Positions 1-9,900 of a DNA stretch of 64,000 nucleotides are shown here, piece after piece (the first letter of the stretch is position 1; the number at the start of each line of letters is the position of its first letter). The notes below the pieces were generated by a model, which had not been told where the DNA came from, did not search any database, and saw only the letters and a list, made by a program, of their open reading frames with translations. This DNA is from Schizochytrium sp. TIO01 (taxonomy: Eukaryota > Protista > Bigyra: Labyrinthulomycetes). The position numbers and the translations under genes are program-made. The DNA lies in contig SMSO01000032.1 in assembly GCA_004764695.1 (NCBI GenBank), forward strand, positions 3,038,001 to 3,102,000, read 5' to 3'.

Positions 1-247
1 ACGCATTTATAACCTCAGTTCCTTTCTTGGGCCACCTACATCTGTGTTTTTGTTTTTTCTACTTTTTTCTTTTCTTTTTTTTCAAAATAAATAAATAAGA
101 ATAATATAATAAAATAGGTGTTTTCCTTTGGCTTTTTGCAAGTTAACCATCGCTCAGACATCTTGTAATAATCCAGTTTAGCGTGCCCTCGCAAAAATCA
201 TATGCAATCTGATACGGAAAGGATACGCACGCAAGTTGCCTGCGCCA

Positions 248-3200
248 ATGGCCCATTGTAAAGATACAGAAGACGAATCATGGCTTGATACCTTTGACTG
301 GGCTGAGCTTGAGCGGAAAGCACTAGAAAAGAGGGAATCGCGAACTGCTGCTGCTGCTTCTTCGCCTATCTCCTCTGCTGTGGAACATGGACTTGCAAAG
401 GGTTACGACAGCTATCGACAACACGGTGAAGGAAAAAGATTTTCTGATAAGGGACACAAACAATGCTTTGAGTCATCTCAAACCAGTCACGAGAGCCTGC
501 TGAAAGAGGACTCATCCCAGTCTACCTTGAGTGAGACTGGCTTACAAGATGAGCGTCATTATAACCATGACTTCATAAACAGGGACGGTTCTAATGCAAA
601 GCTTGACTTTCAAAATGCTTGCGTTGTACACCCTTTTAGTAAAAGAGTCCAAGGCTCCCGTCGAAAGGGAGAACGCGAAATCGGTCCAAGAGGAAGGACT
701 TCATCACCAATTCCTTTCTCTCTGGAAGTTCTCTCTGGGAGCTCTGGCCAATCAGCAACATATCAGATCGACGATACTTTGCATAGAACCAGCAATGAGA
801 CGTTTCAAGGAATAACTAATCTTGTCGAGAGCAAACAATATACTTCCGGAGCGAGCAAAAGTGCGGCATCGTCTGGTGCGAAGTTACATGATGGGACCGT
901 CGTCAGCAGAGTCGAAGATGATTCATTTCAAACTGCTACTAAGTTACCACACTGCGAACACGAGCAACAAAAAGAACCATGTCGTTCAATCACTTGTTGT
1001 AACTCAATTTCTTTTCAGAGCGATGATTTGGAGCGATACAAAGGAGTAGACATTAGCAATCGTGTAGACCCTAAATGTGGAGTTGCGCCACCTTATAATG
1101 GAGAGCCAAACCGTACAGGATTGAGTCGTCAGGATGCACTGCCAAAAAGGATACAAGTGACAAACCCCAAGGAAAAAACTAACACAAACCAAGTGGATAA
1201 GAATACCACAAATATAAACCCAGATAAAAAAGCAGGCACCGCCCAGTTAGACCCTGGCACGTCCAAAAGCTTCTACAAACCCGTCGAAAACTCAAGTATG
1301 GGTGTTCACAATAATTTGCCACATCAATCTGCGGTTTCAAATTTTACATCAATGCTTGAAGAGCATAAGCCCCATGCATTTTATCCCAACCGAACTTCTC
1401 CAACGAAAAAGCGCCTTGAGCAAGTAAGGGATTCCCTTTTCAATTGGTTGGCCTTGAACCAGTCCCAAGAAAATAAAGAAAATAACTCACCACAAACGAA
1501 TAGCCATGCCTATGACAATGGTGTGATCAAGTCCACTCAGCACATGACAGCGCATGTCGAAGGCCCTTCTTACTACGGACCGGGTGTTCCAAATGACAGA
1601 GGCAGTGCTGTGAATACAAACCCTCCAGCCCCTGCCCAACGCATCTTGGGCTTACCTGCAGTATCCTCAAAACCCGGGTTGTTGGCTTCTAAAGCTGTTA
1701 TGAGTGGTGGTGGTGATGGTGGCCAAGGAAAGATTGATCCAAAGACTATTCATCTCCCATCGCGAGCGCCACCCTGGGGCTGCTCGCTTTCGCAGTTACA
1801 TAATCTTGAAAGTTTTCGCCAAGAGTCTTCGACCCCGCGTAATACATCTCTAAACAAAACTGCAAAGCCAAACTTTAAGGCCGTTGCCTTATCATCGCTG
1901 GTCTCGGATACTTGTGTTGAGGGAGATGCATTTGAGTTATTTTGCACATCTTGTTTGAGTTGTATAGATGATAAAACCTCCCGAAACTACGGAGAGCTCA
2001 AACAGTTGCTCTTAATGGGCCGACGCCACCTTAAGCCGTTTCAGAAGGCAGGTATTCTTCGTATGCTAAATGGTCCTAAGCGAGCGCTTTTGTATGATGA
2101 AATGGGCCTTGGTAAAACCCTGCAGTCACTTTTTTGTCTTGCTGTAACCTGCCTTCGCGATGCATGCTGGCCCGCTCTAATTGTATGCCCTGCTGCTCTA
2201 CGCCTTAATTGGATCGAGGAGATCGAGCGGTGGTTGCCTTTTTTTGACATTGAGGATATTGCTGTAGTAAAGAATGGTCGTTCCAGTCTTTCAGAAAATG
2301 CGCGAATTATTGTTGTTAGCTATAGAATGCTAGAAGATGTAAGCAAAGAGCTTCTTCGCAGGAAAGTTCATTTCATGATTGCGGATGAGGTCCACAAAAC
2401 GCGTTCGTTTGATTCAATTCAGGCTCGCACGCTTGCTCTAGTATCACGTAATGTTAGCCGTTCAATTCTTGCTACTGGTACCCCAATGCTTGTCCGGCCA
2501 TTCGAACTCTACACCCAACTTGCGATTGTTCTCAGCGAGAAAGATAAGAATCATCTTATGGCTCGATGGGGATGGCGTGCATGTATGCGTTCCTCTGATG
2601 AAGCTTATTTGCAAGAATCTCATCTTGCCCAGATATTTGCAAAGCCTATGCGTCATTTACGTGATATAACATTTTTTATGCGCACAAGAGAAGCGGCTTG
2701 GATGCAGCCCTGTACTGTAGCGTTCATGAATGGCGCTTCGAACCCTTCAGCGCGCTTGTATTGGGATGAGCTTACAACAAACAACCAGCGTGCTGAAATT
2801 CTTCGCGTTCTTCATGAGTTCCTGTCAGATTTGCAAACTATGATCTACAGTGCATTCGCAGACTCTGGTGGTGCATCTAAAAAACAAGTTCGCGCAGTCG
2901 TTAGTAAACTCAGCCAAATCGTCAATAATTGTTCTACTCATGATAGAGTGGGTCGAATGACCAACCCTGCTCCTTTTTCAGAAATGTTAGCTCTTCTTCA
3001 ATCCTTCAACAGGTTCTGGTATACGATTCGTTCTGCGTTTCAAGATAACGATTTTTTGCAGGCAATTGTACATATGTGGGATGCTCACTGTTTCGGAATA
3101 ATGTATTGTTCAGGGCAACGCCAGCCTCAGCGGCATCAACAATGGACTCGTCGCATGTGGCGTTATCCAAGTGCAAATGCAAATACCATGGCCAACCTTC

Positions 3201-5818
3201 GCGCATTAATGGAACCTTACGTAACGCGCCGCCGTAAGCAACACGTCTTGCATGATCTCCCTGCAAAACACCGACAACTTGTGTATGTCTCATCCTCGTT
3301 TTCTTCACTCAAACACGTTGTTCCAGACAATACTGAGAAGAAAAATCGGGGTGTTAATGCTGCTATGGAGGAACGCGAACAAGGCGATGCACATATGCCT
3401 CGTTCACAGCAGTTCCGTGAAAGTCTCGCTGCTTGTTCTTTAGCTCGTCATGGCCGACAAGAACAAATTACGTGGGAACTGCAGTGTCTAGGTATCGCTA
3501 AGGCGCCTTTTGTAGCAGACTATGCCCTGGAGTTGTTGCAAGAGCTAGATCCCAGTGATCGTATTTTAATTTTCGGACGGCATATTAAAGTTTTGAACTG
3601 TATACAGTCTCGACTTCTTATTGCCCGTGGAAACGATCCCTCGCACCAGCGATTTCAGCAGTATCATAGCGAGGTTCTTAGTGGCTGTGTTCCTGTGATC
3701 GAAAGAGATAGGATAATTAGAAGCTTCCAAACTGATGAAAAGAATGGTCCTCGCGTCTTACTCTTGTCTATTGAAGCGATGGGTGTTGGTGTAACACTAA
3801 CGCGGGCGTCAATCGTGCTAATGGCTGAGCTCCATTGGTCTCCTCAACTTTTACTGCAAGCTGAAGACCGTGCACATCGGATCGGTTGTAGGGATTCTGT
3901 TTCGGTACAATATATTCTCGCAGAGAAGACTCTCGACGAGAACCTTTGGCCGATGTTAGCAGCAAGACTTTCTGTTATAGAGAGTACATTAAAGGATAAT
4001 GAAACTGGTCACCAGAGTAAAAGCAAGCGGTCACGAAAAGGTCGTGCGATAAATCCAGCCTTGCGCCGCAAAGTTTTTGCTGTAGAGTCGCGTAGAGGTC
4101 GTTCAGTGGCTGTTGCAAAATTGGTAGAGGACCGGCGCAAGGAATTGGAGGCTCATAAGGAGGGCACAATACAATTGACAACAAATCAGAAGTCGGCATC
4201 ATCTCCAGAGAGGATGAAAAAAAAATATTGTTCGCAAGCCAGGGATATGTCTCAAGAAAGTAGTTCTTCAGACACTGTATCTTTAAACGACGAAAAGGTT
4301 ATCCTTGGATTTCGAATCTCTTGTACAGGAAGGGTACATTTATACTGGGGAACACCAAGCGCGGGTTCAGAGCCACCGAAGTTTGTACCTGCTGGATCAA
4401 ACCTCTCTGTTGCGGACTTGCGACTTGTAGGCGAAGCGTGGCTGAAACAAGTAGATGGCCAACTTAACCATACACGAACAGAATTAAAGCTTTTGATTCA
4501 GCGCCTTCCTATCGTTATGCGTGACCCTTCATCTCCTGTCTTTTTGCAAGCACAAGCTTTTGTTGAGGAGTGGCACAGCCTTAGTATTACATTGCAAAAC
4601 AGTTTGCAATCTCTAGAAAGGCCCTTGATGGTACCCCTTTCTGAGGAGCTGCGGCACCGAAGCGCGACCGCTCGCCGCAATGCAGATCAAGACATTATAT
4701 CTTTCGATCGGGACTCATCTCCAACTTTTCAGCTACATCGCGCTGCATTGAGGACTCTCGGCCCTGACCGTTATGGAGTCGGAATTGTTTCGTTTAAGAA
4801 GCATTGTGTTCATAACCAGCAAGGGTTCACCACTGAACAGCGTGCCCTACCGCAGGCCTTTGAAATAACCTCAGGTTCCCCATTATGTTTATACTGCGGC
4901 TGTATTTACCAAGCAAATCATCGGTTTGAGCCTATAATCTCAAGTGTTGGATCTTGCCGAGAGGATGCACTAGAAAAAGCCGCAGCTGAAGATATGTATG
5001 ATAGGTATGATCGAGATGGTGAAGATAGTGATAGCGATGCCCAAGACACCGTGAATGATGACGCATTAAGCCAAGTAAACTCAAACACCCTGACCTCAGA
5101 AGGCAAGCGTAGGTCGTCACAGTGCGTCACCTTAGATGACAGTGTTCAGGCACTATTTTGTGGCGGAAATGCACCATGTTATCGATCATGGCAGATGAAA
5201 TGCTACCGCTCACAAGCCCGGATTCAGCTCTCGGAAATGGACGCGGGCATATGTCGCAAGTGCAAGGTCGATACAAAATCAATGTTCTATCGAGCGCGAG
5301 TCCATCCTCCAGGCTCAAAAGAACGCGAGCAAGCTCTATTCTGCAATAGTGACGATCTGTTATGTCGCCACAAAGTTGCTCGGCACCAAAGTTCCAATGC
5401 AGAGGCAAGAATACATTGGAGTAATCTACAGCGCCAGCTACTTGGTAAAACTGTGGAGGAAAAGCTTTTAACACAGCCTCTCTCGGAGGGGTTGTTTTGG
5501 GAGGCCGATCATATTCTTGCTGTGCGACTTGGTGGAGGTAGCGCTTCTCTATCAAATTTTCAAACTCTATGCAAGCCGTGCCATCTTGCCAAAACCCAAA
5601 ATGATTGTTCAGCTATCCGGAAACTTAAACGTGAACAAGCTAAACACATGCAACGTGCTACTGAAATCATGCGCGAACAGTTTACTTTTCTTGGTAATGC
5701 AAGGACGCATACAGGACTTATTTGTGAATGGTGTGGATTTAAATGTGGGTCAGTTGAGAACCGGATTATGCATGATATCATCTGTCCCTTAAAACCAGAT
5801 TCGACACTTGCAAATTGA
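248..5818 (+). CDS. ZRANB3: ZRANB3/SMARCAL1-like SNF2 annealing helicase with C-terminal HNH endonuclease
   Basis: SNF2 motifs LLYDEMGLGKT, ADEVH, ATGTP; HelicC motifs (GVGVTLTRAS, AELHWSP..QAEDRAHRIG); HNH motif WEADHILAVRLGGG..NFQTLCKPCHLAKT. First ATG is at 248 (the track uses TTG at 236). Confidence 0.85.
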   Translation: MAHCKDTEDESWLDTFDWAELERKALEKRESRTAAAASSPISSAVEHGLAKGYDSYRQHGEGKRFSDKGHKQCFESSQTSHESLLKEDSSQSTLSETGLQDERHYNHDFINRDGSNAKLDFQNACVVHPFSKRVQGSRRKGEREIGPRGRTSSPIPFSLEVLSGSSGQSATYQIDDTLHRTSNETFQGITNLVESKQYTSGASKSAASSGAKLHDGTVVSRVEDDSFQTATKLPHCEHEQQKEPCRSITCCNSISFQSDDLERYKGVDISNRVDPKCGVAPPYNGEPNRTGLSRQDALPKRIQVTNPKEKTNTNQVDKNTTNINPDKKAGTAQLDPGTSKSFYKPVENSSMGVHNNLPHQSAVSNFTSMLEEHKPHAFYPNRTSPTKKRLEQVRDSLFNWLALNQSQENKENNSPQTNSHAYDNGVIKSTQHMTAHVEGPSYYGPGVPNDRGSAVNTNPPAPAQRILGLPAVSSKPGLLASKAVMSGGGDGGQGKIDPKTIHLPSRAPPWGCSLSQLHNLESFRQESSTPRNTSLNKTAKPNFKAVALSSLVSDTCVEGDAFELFCTSCLSCIDDKTSRNYGELKQLLLMGRRHLKPFQKAGILRMLNGPKRALLYDEMGLGKTLQSLFCLAVTCLRDACWPALIVCPAALRLNWIEEIERWLPFFDIEDIAVVKNGRSSLSENARIIVVSYRMLEDVSKELLRRKVHFMIADEVHKTRSFDSIQARTLALVSRNVSRSILATGTPMLVRPFELYTQLAIVLSEKDKNHLMARWGWRACMRSSDEAYLQESHLAQIFAKPMRHLRDITFFMRTREAAWMQPCTVAFMNGASNPSARLYWDELTTNNQRAEILRVLHEFLSDLQTMIYSAFADSGGASKKQVRAVVSKLSQIVNNCSTHDRVGRMTNPAPFSEMLALLQSFNRFWYTIRSAFQDNDFLQAIVHMWDAHCFGIMYCSGQRQPQRHQQWTRRMWRYPSANANTMANLRALMEPYVTRRRKQHVLHDLPAKHRQLVYVSSSFSSLKHVVPDNTEKKNRGVNAAMEEREQGDAHMPRSQQFRESLAACSLARHGRQEQITWELQCLGIAKAPFVADYALELLQELDPSDRILIFGRHIKVLNCIQSRLLIARGNDPSHQRFQQYHSEVLSGCVPVIERDRIIRSFQTDEKNGPRVLLLSIEAMGVGVTLTRASIVLMAELHWSPQLLLQAEDRAHRIGCRDSVSVQYILAEKTLDENLWPMLAARLSVIESTLKDNETGHQSKSKRSRKGRAINPALRRKVFAVESRRGRSVAVAKLVEDRRKELEAHKEGTIQLTTNQKSASSPERMKKKYCSQARDMSQESSSSDTVSLNDEKVILGFRISCTGRVHLYWGTPSAGSEPPKFVPAGSNLSVADLRLVGEAWLKQVDGQLNHTRTELKLLIQRLPIVMRDPSSPVFLQAQAFVEEWHSLSITLQNSLQSLERPLMVPLSEELRHRSATARRNADQDIISFDRDSSPTFQLHRAALRTLGPDRYGVGIVSFKKHCVHNQQGFTTEQRALPQAFEITSGSPLCLYCGCIYQANHRFEPIISSVGSCREDALEKAAAEDMYDRYDRDGEDSDSDAQDTVNDDALSQVNSNTLTSEGKRRSSQCVTLDDSVQALFCGGNAPCYRSWQMKCYRSQARIQLSEMDAGICRKCKVDTKSMFYRARVHPPGSKEREQALFCNSDDLLCRHKVARHQSSNAEARIHWSNLQRQLLGKTVEEKLLTQPLSEGLFWEADHILAVRLGGGSASLSNFQTLCKPCHLAKTQNDCSAIRKLKREQAKHMQRATEIMREQFTFLGNARTHTGLICEWCGFKCGSVENRIMHDIICPLKPDSTLAN

Positions 5819-6971
5819 CCCATAATCAAAGCACGGACGAAAAACTAGGTAATCTCCCAGAAGAAGAATTGTTACTTCTGCTTTCCAAACTGAAATATAA
5901 AAATGTTACAAGAATCTGTCGTTGCCCATCAATGACTGAATTTGCAGAAACTTTATTATCTAATGTAGCGTTATTTCATTGATGCTTATTCGAATTTCGC
6001 TGCAAAGTTGTCTAGTCTCTCAGGATTGCTGGGTGTAAAAGGTTCTGACATGCATGTATATTACACAGAGTTTGGAATCCCGGCAATCTTGGTAGTATCG
6101 TCTCTTTTTATACCAGACCCCATTCACCCTAATTCCAGAGATTGCCCAATATAGAGAGACTTAAGAAAGAGGCAATAAAGATCGATTTTTTTCTCAAAGA
6201 TACATTTTATTCTCTTGGTACCTACGTACCATCTAAGTAAGAAAAGTAACTAAATCAATCATACGTTTAAAGTGACCCAAAATCATGACACTTTCAAGAA
6301 CTGACTTACATTGCTCTAGTAGTCATAAACTAATTTAACGTTCTGCTACCATCTTATACCTGAAGGACACATGAAAGATAGACGAGTGACTGCTGAATTT
6401 GAAATGTTGATTTTATTTAGGCCAGTACAGATATATATATTTATTTCTAATTTTATTCGTTTTAAAATATTTAAATTTTTGTTTATAAAAAAAAGAAAAA
6501 AAAGACTAATTGATATGTATATATATATTTATATTTTAAATTTAAATTAATTTTTAATATATATAAATTACAATAAAAGTACAAAATACATATAAACATA
6601 TGTAGGCCTTATCGTAATAATCTAATTTAAATGATGACTACCCTACTTGTATTGTAAATATATCCGTTGTAAAATGGGTTGCGCATACTACCGTTGAAAT
6701 ATTAGTATCTAAGAATGTTTTCCCTGAAACAATCAGGAGTATGCCTCATTCATCTTTTTTGAAAGGAGCCAAATATAGGCTATATAGCACGCTTTCGTGC
6801 TGTCTTTAAAAAAGCTGTCTCTTACTGACAACACTAACTTACATTACGAGGCTTCGTCTCAGGGCACAACAGTGTAGAAGCATTCCCAACTCCTGAGCAA
6901 GGGAAACAAGTAGAAGCAAACTGGGTCGCGAGATTTAGTCTGGGAGGGTGGCTTGCGAAACCTCTGCAAAC

Positions 6972-9900
6972 ATGGCAGAGTTGCCTAGCGCAACAGAGTC
7001 TAAAAGTTTCTGTGCGACAACAGCTCCGCCTGATGTAGCTCGCAATTTGCATGCCTTTCATAGTGCTGATGGGAAGGCCAAACAAGGCAGGCTCGAGGAG
7101 TCAAATGACAATATGACGTTTCCTATGCGTCCTGGTAAGAAGCGCATTCTTGTTCGGGTCAGTGGTGATGCTCGTGGAGAATCATCAGCTAGCCCAATCC
7201 ACACGCATAATTTGTCAACGGAGCCTGGACCAGGACGAGGGGCTCAAAACCCTAGGGAAGGGCTCAATAAGAAGAAGCTTTTTGTAGCAAAAACGGTTGA
7301 CATGCAGCAGGTTGTGGTAAATAACCAGAGCGTATCTCCGCAAGGAAAAGCAGATCTCAAAACTGTCTATGAGACACCTTTAGGAAAATGCACTACATCT
7401 CCGACCTTTTCACAAAGCGCAGAACTTGATGCACACCAGACCATACAACATTTTAGTTCGTTTGATCCTGTTTGTAGCTCTGGACCGCGCTATGATTCTC
7501 GAGGAAAGGTAATCGCATACTCTATTCTTGGAGATGTCGAAGATTTCATGCGACTTACACGCTCCAAAAGTGGAAACTCTTCCGGTGCGCTAAGCAGGTC
7601 TCCATCGCGAATATCGCGGCGTAGCTCACGTCGTGCCAGTGCAAGATTTGAGCAGATGCGTACCAATCGTAGCCAGAGTTTTTCCCCAAGTACACACAAC
7701 TCAGATGTCATGGCGATGGAATCTCTTACTGGGTCCATTGAACTTGGGTATGGTCCCGGAACTGCACAAACTCCACTTCATCCAACCTCCCCTGCTGGGC
7801 GTCAGGCATACTTAGAACAGGTCCGTCAACTTGCCGCGGAAGAGACTCGTATCAGAGCTCAGGCAAGTCGCACTCGCGAGGAAGTTGAGCGTAAACGAAA
7901 GGAAGCTGGCATGCTAACCCATGAGCGACTGCTGTCGCAGAGGCAAGAGAGAGCGCTTGCTGCACATGGAGAGTGGCAGCGAGAGTGGGGACGTTTTAAA
8001 GAAGCAATGTGCCAACTATCCGGAAAAGACATTGATGATCTTGTGATCTCAAGAGCAGATGCTTACAGAGAGCGGATGGAAGAGTATAATTACATCAGCG
8101 AGGCGACACCCCATCATGAGAAACATGGTTCGGAATATTGGAAGATGAGTCTTCGAGGTATGGGCACACGCTATGTTGCCGTTGGCAATATCTTCAGTGG
8201 ACTATTCTGTCCTGTGAATGAAACGTCTAAAAACGAACTTCAAATGATTAGAATACCACGACTTGCTTACCAAAGTCACGAAAGCCACGACCACTCAGTG
8301 AAACCATCATGGCGTGACTCACCAGTTCTTCAACGCACGCAACGAAGCCTTGCAGCGAACTTAAGACGTCTTCGACCGCATCGAGTTTCGCACAATAATG
8401 CTGACGCTCTTGTCATTCGCGGAGAGCCTCTACTCGAATGGGCGTACGTTAGTATGGAAACCGAGGCTTTGGATGAGGCAGCTCAAATCGCAAACCCCAA
8501 CGCAAACTTAGGATCTAGTGACGAGGGCCTGATGCTTGAGCATAATTCATTAGCAACTTTTCAAACAAATTCAAGAATTCAAGATGGTACAGGTTCCACT
8601 CATGGCCCAGACTGCAGTCTTCTTCATGCATCGGCTGTTCAGAAACCGGAGAGTATTGTTGGCTCAACGCCAAGTCACCAAGCAAACTGGGCATTATCAT
8701 TTTCCACGGAGCAGAATAAAATTTCTACAATTTCTGTCAGCATCCAGAACTCGGGCTCAACAGTTCTATTTTTTAACTGGCATCAGCTTGATACAATCCC
8801 AGGACTTCCGGACGACGTATCAGCTGTATTCTACTGCTCTCATCCCGACGGCGTTGTTTTACCCCGACAGCAACTTAGTATTGTCTTTAGTTTCAAAAGC
8901 GCACTTCCAGGTGCATGGAAGCAAATCTGGGTGCTTAGGACAACCCCCAAGACCTGCAAGGCAGAGAGTCTTGTGTTAGAACTTCGTGCTGTATGCAATC
9001 ACGTTGATCAAAGTCGTACTCAGCGACTTCTTGCCCTTGCTGATTTGGAGGTCAAAGGTCGAAAATTGGAACATGAAGTCCAAGAAAGGCTTGCTAACAA
9101 GCTCGCAATGGAAAATCAAGAACTCGCTCAACAAGATGCAGAGTATGGGCTCAGTCAAGAAGAACTTGTGATTTTGCGCCGCTTACGCTTTGAGAGAGCA
9201 AACCGTGCCCTGGGTCTATACTATCATCCAGAACTTGAGGAAGATATCATGAAGCTTGCCTTTAAGGTATTTTCTCAACTATATGCCTTCGATATGGTAT
9301 CTTCCTCTTCGGATAGAACCAGTGAAATTGGCAACAAGGTGCTTAGTGCATTGAAGTCATGGAAGCAAGAACCGTCACTAGTAACGCTTCGGGCAGCAGT
9401 GGCCCGAATCGAAGCTGGAGAACCTCTTCGTCCCAAATGTAGAGCTGCAACTATTACCAGTGACGACGAGGAAAATATTGAAAACTCGAGTGGAATAAAA
9501 GAAATTAAAATGGACACCTCAAAGATGATTGAGACTTTAGTTAACAATGACAACACCAACCGTACTGTAGCAACTGAGAGTCATGATGAAGACCAAGAGC
9601 GTACAAAGAGTACTCAGCCAAGTCCAGAAGATTTAATTAATGAGAGCTGTAGTTCTGAACTGGGTGACCCCACAGCACCAGCTCCTGAACCTGAAAGCGG
9701 TGTGAGTGTCTCATTTGAATCAACTACTATTGAACCTTTGCCGCTGAATGGCACAGAGCAAATGGAGAATTGTGGCGGTGATGATGAAGCTACAGAGACT
9801 ATTGACTATATTCTCCTCGAACACGAACGCCTTGCTAGAACTGCAGAACGACTAGCCTCAGAGATACAAACCATTGGAGATTGTATGATTATGCCACCCT

